This document shows, one piece after another, positions 18,337-28,396 of a stretch of DNA of 64,000 bases; position 1 is the stretch's first letter, and each line of letters begins with the position of its first letter. The translations under genes were made by a program, and so were the position numbers. The stretch is from IMG/VR virus record IMGVR_UViG_3300023109_001684. The stretch is one strand, 5' to 3'. The DNA comes from a virus. Below the pieces are notes generated by a model that was given only the letters and a program-made list of their open reading frames with translations, was not told the DNA's origin and searched no databases.

Positions 18337-20352
18337 TTATCTTAAACCTGCTAACTCTCTCATTCTGTTGTAATCGTCTTCGACGTTAACTTCCATTTGC
18401 TGTGGGTTTTCTTGCATTTCAAAGTTATCAAATAATGCCTGTACTTGTTCGATAAATGCCTTAGCAGGATCTATGAACTGCTCGCCGTAATCTTTTTCTA
18501 CCATAGTAAGAATTGATGTTTCGCCTTTTGGAAATGTTCCATTTTCTCTATCGTAGTATGATAGTATGAACTCGCCTAATGGTGTCTTTTGTTCTTCTTT
18601 TTCTATTTTGATCTTTTCACCGTCTGGGCCATCAATTTCATCACCCTTTTTCTTGCCGTTCATTTTAGCTTTTGCTACAGCACCTGAGTAGGCATTACCT
18701 TCATCTTGATTAAAGTCGTGTGCATCAATATACTGCATTACAGGATATAATGTGTTTACAATTTGATTACCAAACTTGCCGTTCTTGCCTGAACCTGGCT
18801 TGGTTTCTAATTTCTTTGCTTCGCCACGTAGTGTCATCATGTCATCAATTGCAGACTGGAACTTTGGATCTATGTCTTGGAACCCTTTAGTTTTTGCTTC
18901 AATCCAAGAATATACGTACCACACTTGATTTGCATACTCGTTTGCTAAGTTACCTTCGTACTCGCCATCTCCAGTTTCAATCTTTTTGCCTTTGCCACGC
19001 AATACGCCTAGCGCATCACTTGCATCTTGTGCTGTCTTGATTGTGCCTTCTTGTACTTCTTCTTCGCTTTCTTTTGCTGTTTTTCTACGGCAAGAACCTT
19101 TTTCGCCGCGTGTTGTGCCAGGTACTTTTTCATAACCTGCCCAGCATTTGTCATATTCTTTGCTGTTGCCGTGTGCTTCTTCTAGTTCTTCTTCTGATAG
19201 TGTTTCCCAACTTTGGTTACCGCACTCTTCACATACAGTGTCTGAGAATTGACCTAGTGTTGCTTCAAATGCTCGTTCTAGTTCAATTTCTTCTTTAGTC
19301 TTTTTGTTCTTTTCGGCTTTGCTATACTTGTCTTTTAATGCGCCAAGTTCTTCTGCTGATTCATCTACTAAATCTTCTGGGCCTAATTCTTGTGCTTTTG
19401 TTGCTTCACTTACTAGTTTGTAAATGTATGGAAATACATCTGATAGTTCTTCGTTAAACTGTTTGATAGTTAATTGGTCAATCCAATTCTCTGCAACATC
19501 TGCCGGAACTTCTTCCATAATAGGTGCTTCAAATGCAGCAAACGTTTCTGCATAAAACTTTGGCTTTTGTAATGACTCAATTGTTTTCTTAACTGTTGTA
19601 ATACGCCCTTTTACAACATCCATGTATTCAACTAGACTTTCTGCCATTACTGCACTACGACCCATGTAGTTTTTAAATTTACGCAGTTTTGCCATTTCTT
19701 CTGAAAGACCTACAATGTGCTTACCAAATTCATCATATGCATTTCCGCCTTCTGCAACATGTCTTGCCATTGCTCTTGCGCCACTTAGGTGTTTGAATGG
19801 ATAACGGAATCTTTCTCCGTCAGCACTTTCAATATAAATTTTTCCTATTTTTTGTGTGCGTCCTGTTGCTGCTTCTTGATTAATGCTTTCTGTGTGCTTA
19901 ATCATAATACGTGCTTCGCCTACGTTTTGATAGCTAATGCGGCTTGTTCCGTATAGTTTTGATTCATTCATGTTACTGTCCTCTGGGCGGTTGGCAAGAT
20001 ACTGATAATCTCTTTTTTCTAAATTACTTTTTGTAATGTCTCTAGTGTCAAAATTTAGCATACGCTTTTTTGCAAATTGTCGTAGCTCTTTTAAAAAATC
20101 ATACCACGCTGTTTTGTATACGTCATTTTCTGCAATATCTTGGCTATACATTATAACTACGCCATCTTCTTCTGAAAGGCTTACACTAACTTTACCTAAT
20201 TCTTCTTGACTTTCTTTAAACGGAAATTCAAAAAATCTTGCTTGTGCAGGATCAGTAGTTACATTACCTTCACTATCGCCAATTGTTACACCTGGAAATC
20301 TTCCACGTATTTTTGAAAATAATTGTTTTGCTGGTTGATCTAAATTCTTCAT
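18337..20352 (-). CDS. large acidic protein, probable internal head/virion protein
   Basis: Start moved to MKNLDQ (TAAATA-N5-ATG). Glu-rich; C-terminal RMRELAGLR. Confidence 0.65.
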   Translation of the reverse strand: MKNLDQPAKQLFSKIRGRFPGVTIGDSEGNVTTDPAQARFFEFPFKESQEELGKVSVSLSEEDGVVIMYSQDIAENDVYKTAWYDFLKELRQFAKKRMLNFDTRDITKSNLEKRDYQYLANRPEDSNMNESKLYGTSRISYQNVGEARIMIKHTESINQEAATGRTQKIGKIYIESADGERFRYPFKHLSGARAMARHVAEGGNAYDEFGKHIVGLSEEMAKLRKFKNYMGRSAVMAESLVEYMDVVKGRITTVKKTIESLQKPKFYAETFAAFEAPIMEEVPADVAENWIDQLTIKQFNEELSDVFPYIYKLVSEATKAQELGPEDLVDESAEELGALKDKYSKAEKNKKTKEEIELERAFEATLGQFSDTVCEECGNQSWETLSEEELEEAHGNSKEYDKCWAGYEKVPGTTRGEKGSCRRKTAKESEEEVQEGTIKTAQDASDALGVLRGKGKKIETGDGEYEGNLANEYANQVWYVYSWIEAKTKGFQDIDPKFQSAIDDMMTLRGEAKKLETKPGSGKNGKFGNQIVNTLYPVMQYIDAHDFNQDEGNAYSGAVAKAKMNGKKKGDEIDGPDGEKIKIEKEEQKTPLGEFILSYYDRENGTFPKGETSILTMVEKDYGEQFIDPAKAFIEQVQALFDNFEMQENPQQMEVNVEDDYNRMRELAGLR

Positions 20353-20363
20353 ATTAATATTTA

Positions 20364-21944
20364 TCAAAAACTACTACTAATAAAGATAGGCATTGGTGGT
20401 TCGTAGTCTTCTATATCCTCTGCTTGATTAAATGTACTATAAACTCTAGGATCCCAATCTTTTAACACAGTCATCATTCTTATAGCAAGTAATGTAGCAC
20501 TTACTAAATCATCTGTCATTCCCGACTTTGCTTGGAAACTTGACCCTGTTGCAACAAATCCTTTTAGTTCACTTATTAATGGTTTACTATGTAATTGCAT
20601 TTTATCGTTTTCTATCATTGTTTTTAAACGACTACATGCTGTAATCTTAGTGCTATGGGTAGTGTTAAAGCCTTTTCGAAATTTGCGCACATGTCCTTTT
20701 CGCATAGGTTCGGACACAAATAGTCCTGGTATGTTCTCTTCCCCAAAATCGTTTATAACGATTAGTGCTGCTTCTCCGATTCCGTTATTTTCTACACTCC
20801 AATATATACCATTAGGATTTTTAGTTTCTTGTTCTAGATATTTACATATATCCGCTAACACACGAATTTGTCCTGGTATTGCTGTTGTGTTATGTTGCCA
20901 TTCTGCAACCTGTTTATAACTAGGCAATTCGTATACTTGTATTGCAGCAAAATCACCACCTGTTCCCATACTAGGGTCAAGTGCAACTGCATATGTATAC
21001 TGATTGGTTGGTTTTTGATACCAACGAGTTTGTCCCATATTTAATATAGGACTACTACCATCCATAGCACTAAGTTTTATTGAATTAATTAAAGTCTCAT
21101 CAAATACTAAGAATTCGCAGCCGTATTCTCTACGAAACTTTTCTTCTCCGATGCGTCCAATTTCTTCTGCTTTCCATTCGTCATCTCTGTCTGGATGTTC
21201 GTGCCATTCAGCAACATAACTATGGAAACCATTTGACCCTACTTCAGTTTCATTGCCGTGTGCGTCAAACTTCTCTTCTGCTTGTTTCCAAATAGTAGCA
21301 AAAGTATCTTCGTCACTATTGGGGGTGCTTGTAATAATAGCACGACCACCTGTTGCTAGTGTAGGTGATATTGAAGTCCAAAACTCTTCGGCAATATTAG
21401 GCATAACAAACGCAAACTCGTCACAGTATAGTAATGAAATACTCATACCACGTCCTGTATTACCTGTTGTAGTCTGTGCTACAATACGTGATCCATTTTC
21501 AAATTCAATTGATTGTTTATTGTAACTTACAACTCCTGCTCTAATATGATCAGGACAACTTTCGTATACAAAGCGTATGCGTGACATAATCTCTTGCGCA
21601 CCTGTATATTTGTGTGCTGCTACAAGAATAGTTTGGTCAGGTTTAAACATTGCGTACCAAGCAAGGTAGATACTAGCACATGTAGTTTTACCTGTTTGTC
21701 TAGGCATCATGTTAATATTAAAGCGATAGTTGTGGTAACTATGCATCAAACGTAGCTGATACTCGTAAGGATCAAACAACAATTTGCCTTTTACAGGATG
21801 CTGAATAAATGCAAATGATCTTGCAAAGTGTAAGTATCCTTCATCGGGATCCATGCACTTTAGAAGTTCTTCAACTTGTTCGTTTGTATATGTTTCTTGT
21901 TTATTGGCTTTCTTAATTAAGACGCCGTCTAATGATGCTGCCAT
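20364..21944 (-). CDS. 17: terminase large subunit (gp17)
   Basis: PRQTGKTT (Walker A), YCDEFAF, ITSTPN, REYGCEF, DPSMGTGGD, ENN and DDLV motifs. Confidence 0.96.
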   Translation of the reverse strand: MAASLDGVLIKKANKQETYTNEQVEELLKCMDPDEGYLHFARSFAFIQHPVKGKLLFDPYEYQLRLMHSYHNYRFNINMMPRQTGKTTCASIYLAWYAMFKPDQTILVAAHKYTGAQEIMSRIRFVYESCPDHIRAGVVSYNKQSIEFENGSRIVAQTTTGNTGRGMSISLLYCDEFAFVMPNIAEEFWTSISPTLATGGRAIITSTPNSDEDTFATIWKQAEEKFDAHGNETEVGSNGFHSYVAEWHEHPDRDDEWKAEEIGRIGEEKFRREYGCEFLVFDETLINSIKLSAMDGSSPILNMGQTRWYQKPTNQYTYAVALDPSMGTGGDFAAIQVYELPSYKQVAEWQHNTTAIPGQIRVLADICKYLEQETKNPNGIYWSVENNGIGEAALIVINDFGEENIPGLFVSEPMRKGHVRKFRKGFNTTHSTKITACSRLKTMIENDKMQLHSKPLISELKGFVATGSSFQAKSGMTDDLVSATLLAIRMMTVLKDWDPRVYSTFNQAEDIEDYEPPMPIFISSSF

Positions 21945-21958
21945 AACATTATTTACCC

Positions 21959-21986
21959 AAAAAAATAGCACCCGTGGGTGCTATTT
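21959..21986 (-). terminator. rho-independent terminator, immediately followed by the terminase late promoter
   Basis: Minus strand AAATAGCACCC-ac-GGGTGCTATTTTTTT, then GGGTAAATA. Confidence 0.8.
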
Positions 21987-22007
21987 GATTGGACCGCCCT
22001 TACCTAG

Positions 22008-22652
22008 TTATTTGGCTTTTTGGAACTGTGGAGGTACTTCACCTTTTTTAGGCTTGCTACCTTTTGACTTTCCTGCGTTATCATCTTCGCCTGGTTTCTT
22101 GTCTGCCCAGTCTGGAACACCATCGCCATCAGCATCTGGCTTTTTCTTTTCAGCAAGTTGTGCATATAACGATGCTTTAATATTTTCTAATGCCATTGCA
22201 TTATCACCGTCTTGTGCTTTTACATATGATTTCTTTTTGCGATTTAAATCATTACCGTCTGGAATAGCATCACTCATGTCACCGTATCTTTCATCCGGTT
22301 CGTTGTCGTAACCTTCTTCAGTATCAATCTCATCAACTGGTTCTAATTCTTCGTTTGGATCTTCGTCACCTGGCTCGTCCATAATTCCTTTTAAACGTTC
22401 CATATCCATACGCATAGGTAACTGTTCTTTACCAACAGGTTTTGAATCACCAACACCTGCGTTTTTCATCATATCCATTAAGTCAGCAACATGCTCTGCG
22501 CCTGATGCACTTAAATTTACATTCATTCTTACAGGTTCGCCGTCATTTTGTGGCATAGCCGGTGGCGCCATACTTGGAGCTGGCATTGGAGCTTCGTCCA
22601 TCCCACACTCATCTATTTCCTGCATTGATTCTAAAAGCTTCTTCATATTCAT
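22008..22652 (-). CDS. acidic hypothetical protein, possible internal head protein, with DxDxDG Ca-binding-like motif
   Basis: MKKLLES N-terminus; DADGDGVPDWAD. Confidence 0.65.
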   Translation of the reverse strand: MNMKKLLESMQEIDECGMDEAPMPAPSMAPPAMPQNDGEPVRMNVNLSASGAEHVADLMDMMKNAGVGDSKPVGKEQLPMRMDMERLKGIMDEPGDEDPNEELEPVDEIDTEEGYDNEPDERYGDMSDAIPDGNDLNRKKKSYVKAQDGDNAMALENIKASLYAQLAEKKKPDADGDGVPDWADKKPGEDDNAGKSKGSKPKKGEVPPQFQKAK

Positions 22653-22656
22653 GGGG

Positions 22657-23214
22657 TTAACCTCCTACTACCGCTTTGGTATTTTCGTTGTCGCCGATAT
22701 CCTTGCTATCACCACTTGGTGCTGCGGCAGCTGGATCGTGCTCACGTTCTTTTTTAGCTACTTCTAACTCTTTCAACAAATCCATAACTCTACTACCTGC
22801 TACGTCCTGCTGTGCTTCTTCACCACCTAAGTCTTCTTTTGTAAGCAATGTTTCATATGCTTCTTCATCTTTAGGTGCTTGATAATCTTCTCTTGGGTCA
22901 TTCATATTACGTACAATAATATACGCTTGGTCAATACCGCAACACTTACCTACATACTCTTGTAGTACTTGGCTAGTTGTAGGATAATTAACTTCTGCTT
23001 CGAAATATGTAACTTCCATATTTTGTAATTGTGGGAAGTCTAATGGACGTTCCTGTATTGGTGTTTTCTTACCTGTACTAATATTAACAATACTAAACTT
23101 ATTCATAGTAGTTTTTAATTCGTCAGCGAACCCTTCAGGTAATTCGCCGGCAACGCCTATTTTAAATTCGTATGTTTTCTTAGCTTCAGTTAATATATCT
23201 GTAAATGATCTCAT
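22657..23214 (-). CDS. hypothetical protein with T4 capsid-targeting-like N-terminus
   Basis: MRSFTDILTEA; late promoter TAAATA upstream. Confidence 0.65.
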   Translation of the reverse strand: MRSFTDILTEAKKTYEFKIGVAGELPEGFADELKTTMNKFSIVNISTGKKTPIQERPLDFPQLQNMEVTYFEAEVNYPTTSQVLQEYVGKCCGIDQAYIIVRNMNDPREDYQAPKDEEAYETLLTKEDLGGEEAQQDVAGSRVMDLLKELEVAKKEREHDPAAAAPSGDSKDIGDNENTKAVVGG

Positions 23215-23235
23215 TGCTTAATATCCTATTATATA

Positions 23236-23739
23236 TTATTTATCCTTATCAAGTCCTTTTAGGCGCTCCAATAAGCTATTTCTATCAGTAACAACATAAC
23301 CTTCGCCATTAACAATATCGCCATCGCCGGGGGAACTATCTTTATCCATTTTTTCTTTTTTAAGTTGTAAGTCGATCATTTTTAGTTTTTTATCTAACTT
23401 TGCAACTTTAGCATCTAAACTAGTTTTTAACATGCCGCCTGCAACTTCAAATACACGCCCACTATAACGGCTTTCAACATTCATTCCTAAGTCCATTAAA
23501 TCGTCATATGCAGTCATTGCTTTTTGTGCAATTTCATTTAACTCGTCATCGGCTTTTTGACCAAGACCTTTTACACTAGGTAATGCACTTGCAATTTTAT
23601 CAAACTCTGCAATATCACGCATAGTATCTTCTTGTCGAGCAAGGTCATGTGACTTTTGCTCGTTTTCTTGTGTCTCAGCGTTTTTAATGATCTCTTTTGC
23701 ATCTGGAAGATCTAAAAGTTCTTCTAATTTCTTAGTCAT
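23236..23739 (-). CDS. probable terminase small subunit (gp16-like)
   Basis: Helical, about 167 aa, R.FEVA..ML helix and VTDRNSLL tail; upstream of gp17. Confidence 0.55.
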   Translation of the reverse strand: MTKKLEELLDLPDAKEIIKNAETQENEQKSHDLARQEDTMRDIAEFDKIASALPSVKGLGQKADDELNEIAQKAMTAYDDLMDLGMNVESRYSGRVFEVAGGMLKTSLDAKVAKLDKKLKMIDLQLKKEKMDKDSSPGDGDIVNGEGYVVTDRNSLLERLKGLDKDK

Positions 23740-23906
23740 TTAACTGCCTCCCATTTTCCTATAGGGCATCTTGTATTCTTTTTTCTTACTTTTGTAAATA
23801 TTGGGCAAACACATACATTACAGGTAGATCCTAGTGCTGTAAGATGTTCACAAGACTTACAAATTTTTGTCCGCTTTTTAATAATTTTTTTATCAGTTAC
23901 AATCAT
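23736..23906 (-). CDS. 56-aa Cys-rich protein (DUF6171-like)
   Basis: Below the ORF-track cutoff: MIVTDKKIIKKRTKICKSCEHLTALGSTCNVCVCPIFTKVRKKNTRCPIGKWEAVK. ATGA overlap with the next gene. Confidence 0.75.
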   Translation of the reverse strand: MIVTDKKIIKKRTKICKSCEHLTALGSTCNVCVCPIFTKVRKKNTRCPIGKWEAVK

Positions 23907-23922
23907 TATATGCTACTATTAT

Positions 23923-24360
23923 TTATCTTTTCTTTCCCTGGTGGAAAATATCTCCTTCATTAACTATACGAAAGAATATACCTTTTTGTTTACACCATGC
24001 TCTAGCTGCTTCCCACTTTGCTTGATTAATAATCCAATGTGCTTGATTTGCACGACTACGTCCTAATTTTTCTTTTACAGTTTGATTTTCTGGCTTGACT
24101 TCGATTAGTTCTACACGCTGTTTTTTATCTCTGCCTGCATAAGCAATAAAGAAGTCAGGTACATATATTGTTTGTTTACCTGTAAGCGGATTTCTATATG
24201 GAATTTTTACTGCTTCACTTGCCCATTGTAACACACTAGGATGTTCGTCACAAAATCTCATAAATGCAAACTCCCAACTACTTCTGTAAGTAGGTGTTTT
24301 GTTTCCCATATACTTGTCTGGATTTTTTAGTTTAAATTTTCCCTGTGCAAATCGCGGCAT
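23923..24360 (-). CDS. 4: head completion nuclease (gp4-like)
   Basis: NP.KY.G, YRSSWE, WASE, YVPDF, IEVKP and NQAKWEAA motifs. Confidence 0.9.
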   Translation of the reverse strand: MPRFAQGKFKLKNPDKYMGNKTPTYRSSWEFAFMRFCDEHPSVLQWASEAVKIPYRNPLTGKQTIYVPDFFIAYAGRDKKQRVELIEVKPENQTVKEKLGRSRANQAHWIINQAKWEAARAWCKQKGIFFRIVNEGDIFHQGKKR

Positions 24361-24372
24361 ACATCTATCCTG

Positions 24373-26802
24373 TTAATATGTAATATCAAAATTAGACTCG
24401 AAATATTTTCCTACTAACCTTGCCATATCTGGAGAAAATTGATGGCCTGCATCATCATTTAAAAATATTACATTACCATAGTCGACAATAGTACTAGTTG
24501 CTCCGTATGCAGAGCCTGTTAACTGAGCTCCTGTATAGCCTTGACTTTGTGCTAATGCATAAGCACTATCTGCTGCACTTAAGAAAGTCATTCCTGCAAA
24601 ATCTCCGCCGTTGTATGGTACAACAGTATCACTCCTACCGTTTAATTGCAATATTTTACGTTGTGTCATCGAATCTTGCACAGTGTCGTATCCATCGTTT
24701 GCATAAGCATCACCTGTTAATGTTTCGTCGCTAGGATAATAAAAATTACTATTTCGATATTGATCAGTGTTAGTTTGACTAATTATACAACAAACTACAT
24801 CAATAGACGCATCGTCTATTTCAACTGCTGCTCGTAACGCAAGAGCTCCACCATTTGACAACCCAAGTATCCTAATACGATCGGTATCAACGTTTGTATA
24901 TAATTTTACTTTTGCTATAATTTGTTTTATTGCTTCTATGTCTTGGCCGTTATTTGGCTCGTTTGATATATTCCAAGTATTTTGACCGTCTACTGATACA
25001 CTGACTACAATATGATCATATAATACAGCAGATATTGATGATAAGAATCCTGTTTCGTCGCCACCTGCGCCATGGAATGCCAAACATACAGGCTTTCTAG
25101 CCGGATTTGTTCTAGTGCTCCAAGGAATATTAACAGCAGTAACATATGTTTGTCCACCAACTTCTATTGAAAAATTTGTGTCTGTTAATAATGTTTCACC
25201 AAAATCAATTTGTTTGCTTGTGCCTGTTATTCCAGTAACATTTATTGCTCCGGTAGTTGTTACAGGATCAGTAACACCGTATCTGCTGTAAAGCATTCTG
25301 TTAGGTGATCCGAGTAAAGATGTTTCGTAATTAGCATAATCTGTATCAGATCCAGTATTATCTATTGTTGCTTTACTATCAGCAACCATTTTACTTTGTA
25401 GTTGTGCAGGAGTAAGATTAGGTTGAGATTGTAAGTGCAATGCACATACACCTGCAACTTGTGGCGATGCCATACTTGTGCCACCTATACTCATAATTTG
25501 GTATGTATCATCTTCCGGATAATCATATGTTGTATAAGCGGCGTCTGCAAGTGTACTTGACGCACTCATTATTTGATCGCCGGGTGCATAAATGTTTACG
25601 CCAGGGCCTCTTGTAGTGCTACTAGATACAACGTCTGATGATGTAGAAGCAGATCCTGCAAGATTGCCTACCATAAATGCTTCGTCGCTATATGGCGAAC
25701 TTCCTCTATGATATTCATAATTGCTGCTGCCAAAATTTACTGTATTATCGTAATCTAGTCCGCCGATTACATCTGCTTTAAATCTATTATTACCTGCTGC
25801 AATACAAACGTGTATTCCTGCATCTATCATGTCTTCAATTTCTGCATCTGCTGATGCTATTCTTACAGGTATTCTAACACTGCCAAAAAACTCTCTACTT
25901 ACACCAGTTGCAGCCCATAGTTCGTCTCTATCAGTGTAGTCGACTCCGTATGTCCATGCTGTACCTCTATAAACTCCATTTATTGGTTGTAATGTTTGTG
26001 TTGATCCATATCCCCAGCTCATATTAACTACTGTAGGTCTACTGTTCCCTTTAAAAATATGCCATCTTCTAATTAAATCAAAAGCAGATGCTATAGGAAT
26101 ACCAGTACCGTCACTTCCTGACAATGTTTCTAGGCCTGCTAACTTTTGAGAATAAATGTGTGCGCCTTTTGCCCAACCGTATGTTTTACCTGCCGCTATA
26201 CCTGCGCAATGTGTTCCGTGGCCATCAGCATCTCTATAATGATTTGGAGACTGTTGTACTGGTGAACCTAACACTGCTTCTTGATACCAATTTATTTGCT
26301 GTAATCTGCTAACGCCGCTTCTGTCTTCCCATTCAGGATGATTAGGATCAATACCGCTGTCTTGTATTACTACATCTACACCTGTTCCGTCTAGTGCGTA
26401 ATCGTAATTTCCTAGTATTTGATTAAATGTTGTGTAAGGATTTGTTGCTTCAATACAACGTCTTAATCCCCAATTAACTGAGTTTGGATCTCGATTTTGA
26501 CTACCTCTATATACTCTATAAAAGTTGCTTGACTGAGATGCATTACTAATAAGTTCAATGTCGTCTCTTTGATCTGGTGGTATTTCTACTGATAGTACTC
26601 TAGGATCGTCTGCTAATACTTGAGCTTCTTCGTCAGTTAGCATCCAGTGAGTCATACGTTTAGACCCTTCACGTGGATTTGCTATATCAACACTACGATT
26701 AGGTATTGCGTTAGACCCAGTTGATGCTGATAGCTCAGCATCAAACTCTTGTAAGTCTATGCCTCGATGTACAACAACTATGTATTCTCTTTCTACACTC
26801 AA
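24373..26802 (-). CDS. S8 subtilisin-like serine protease fused to a C-terminal alpha/beta-hydrolase (esterase)
   Basis: Triad DSG / HGTHCAG / GTSMASP. C-terminal FHGAGG, GLSNGG, NG.SD.VVP, GH. Confidence 0.88.
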   Translation of the reverse strand: MSVEREYIVVVHRGIDLQEFDAELSASTGSNAIPNRSVDIANPREGSKRMTHWMLTDEEAQVLADDPRVLSVEIPPDQRDDIELISNASQSSNFYRVYRGSQNRDPNSVNWGLRRCIEATNPYTTFNQILGNYDYALDGTGVDVVIQDSGIDPNHPEWEDRSGVSRLQQINWYQEAVLGSPVQQSPNHYRDADGHGTHCAGIAAGKTYGWAKGAHIYSQKLAGLETLSGSDGTGIPIASAFDLIRRWHIFKGNSRPTVVNMSWGYGSTQTLQPINGVYRGTAWTYGVDYTDRDELWAATGVSREFFGSVRIPVRIASADAEIEDMIDAGIHVCIAAGNNRFKADVIGGLDYDNTVNFGSSNYEYHRGSSPYSDEAFMVGNLAGSASTSSDVVSSSTTRGPGVNIYAPGDQIMSASSTLADAAYTTYDYPEDDTYQIMSIGGTSMASPQVAGVCALHLQSQPNLTPAQLQSKMVADSKATIDNTGSDTDYANYETSLLGSPNRMLYSRYGVTDPVTTTGAINVTGITGTSKQIDFGETLLTDTNFSIEVGGQTYVTAVNIPWSTRTNPARKPVCLAFHGAGGDETGFLSSISAVLYDHIVVSVSVDGQNTWNISNEPNNGQDIEAIKQIIAKVKLYTNVDTDRIRILGLSNGGALALRAAVEIDDASIDVVCCIISQTNTDQYRNSNFYYPSDETLTGDAYANDGYDTVQDSMTQRKILQLNGRSDTVVPYNGGDFAGMTFLSAADSAYALAQSQGYTGAQLTGSAYGATSTIVDYGNVIFLNDDAGHQFSPDMARLVGKYFESNFDITY

Positions 26803-27179
26803 GCAATTATATTCCTTGTCTCTACAAGATTCTCAGGTTGCGGAACAGTAAACCCTAAAGTACTAGTTTTTTGTCTTGTGTAATTTAGTACTTCGGTTAC
26901 TACAGCACTAAGCTGTACTTCGTTTAGGCCTTTTAAAGTATCTAAAACTTTAAAAATTGGTACATTGTCTATTTTTGCTTGTCTTAGTAAAGCACTTCCG
27001 GTACTACGTGCAGCTGATTCATCAAAGCCTCTTTTGAGAAAAAATCCTATTGTACTATCAACCTCGTTTGCTGAGAATTCTAAAGGTTGGTCATAGTAAG
27101 CATCGAATACTTGTTTTACACTACCGTCAGCTATAGCGTTTTTATCTATAGGTAAGTTTCCTGTGTTATTAGTAGCCAT
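26799..27179 (-). CDS. hypothetical virion-associated protein
   Basis: ORF within the tail operon. Confidence 0.7.
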   Translation of the reverse strand: MATNNTGNLPIDKNAIADGSVKQVFDAYYDQPLEFSANEVDSTIGFFLKRGFDESAARSTGSALLRQAKIDNVPIFKVLDTLKGLNEVQLSAVVTEVLNYTRQKTSTLGFTVPQPENLVETRNIIA

Positions 27180-27180
27180 G

Positions 27181-28305
27181 TTATGGTCCTCCGATATTAT
27201 TTGCAGCTTTTGCAGCGTCTACCTTTGCTTTAGTTGTTTCTTCCGAAGCTTGGGATGCTGCTTGAGTTGCTTTAGTTGTACTTAACGCTCCACCTGAACC
27301 TGAAGCTTTTGGAAATTTTGTTCCAGGTACACCGTTAACAGTATTATTTAAAGCATTAATGGCTGCGCCTTCTAGTAAACTGAGTCCTTCGTTTTTAATT
27401 GAGTCTTTGCTAAGATTCTTAGCATTTTTGAAAACGTTAACTCCTTTAATAATTGTACCTAATCCAAAGTTGCCGCTGTTAATATCGCCTAGTATACTTC
27501 CAATGCCACCTAATACTCCACCGTCACCAAACAAACTGTTTACTCCGCCGCCGCCTACACCTAACGGACTTGGCGATTTATCATAGTGAGTAGTAGCAAA
27601 TGTTGCAGGACTGTCTTCGCCAACTGCACCTCTATCATACAATACATTTTCGTATACAAGAGTCATAGCATTTTCAGCAATGCCAGTTGTCTCGCTTTGA
27701 TTCATAGTATCATGACCCCATTGTGAAATCATAGGATTTACTAATGTATATTCTGTATATTCGTGTCTAGCAAATTGATACAATTTTATATCTTTAAAGA
27801 ACGGAAAACGTCTACTATTATCTAACCCGTATCTTAATCCGTTTGTTACTTCTTGGTACGTGCCTCTTGGATGATAACTGTCTTCAATTGTTGTTATATT
27901 TGAATCGTTAAAGTAATATCGATAGTACGCTTCCATCAGCATAGTAGTCAACCCAAGATTGTCGTCGTGCATTCTTAGTTGTATAGGTTGATAGTCTACT
28001 CTTGTTTGTACATTCTTTTTTCGATTATATTGATTTTTTGTAGAAACTTCTGCGGTATACTGCGGTAAGTCAACTTGTTTAACTAACATGTTTAACTCAG
28101 CTGTATGATTGTTTGACAGTTTAGGAAATTGTTGTAATACAAGAGGGTTAAAAGTAAAATTTACAAAATAAAGAAATTTTACTTTAGGTGCTAGTCTAAA
28201 TGCATCGTCTACATAAAGTCTTTGAGCATGCTGGAAGTCACCAACATTGCCTCTAGGGTTAAGTGCTGCATTAAAAAAGTTATCTAAAAATCCATTAAGT
28301 TTCAT
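27181..28305 (-). CDS. tail-tube-like baseplate/tube initiator protein (gp48/gp54-like)
   Basis: VDLP...NQYNRK...Y.PI...HDD tube-like fold; follows gp19. Confidence 0.6.
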   Translation of the reverse strand: MKLNGFLDNFFNAALNPRGNVGDFQHAQRLYVDDAFRLAPKVKFLYFVNFTFNPLVLQQFPKLSNNHTAELNMLVKQVDLPQYTAEVSTKNQYNRKKNVQTRVDYQPIQLRMHDDNLGLTTMLMEAYYRYYFNDSNITTIEDSYHPRGTYQEVTNGLRYGLDNSRRFPFFKDIKLYQFARHEYTEYTLVNPMISQWGHDTMNQSETTGIAENAMTLVYENVLYDRGAVGEDSPATFATTHYDKSPSPLGVGGGGVNSLFGDGGVLGGIGSILGDINSGNFGLGTIIKGVNVFKNAKNLSKDSIKNEGLSLLEGAAINALNNTVNGVPGTKFPKASGSGGALSTTKATQAASQASEETTKAKVDAAKAANNIGGP

Positions 28306-28343
28306 AAAAGTATTTATCTTATATAGTTAAGTACATACATAAT

Positions 28344-28368
28344 AAAAAAGGGAGCATAAAGCTCCCTT
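28344..28368 (-). terminator. rho-independent terminator after the tail tube gene
   Basis: Minus strand AAGGGAGC-tttat-GCTCCCTTTTTT. Confidence 0.8.
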
Positions 28369-28396
28369 AAATATCGGCAATCTATTTTAGATTAAA

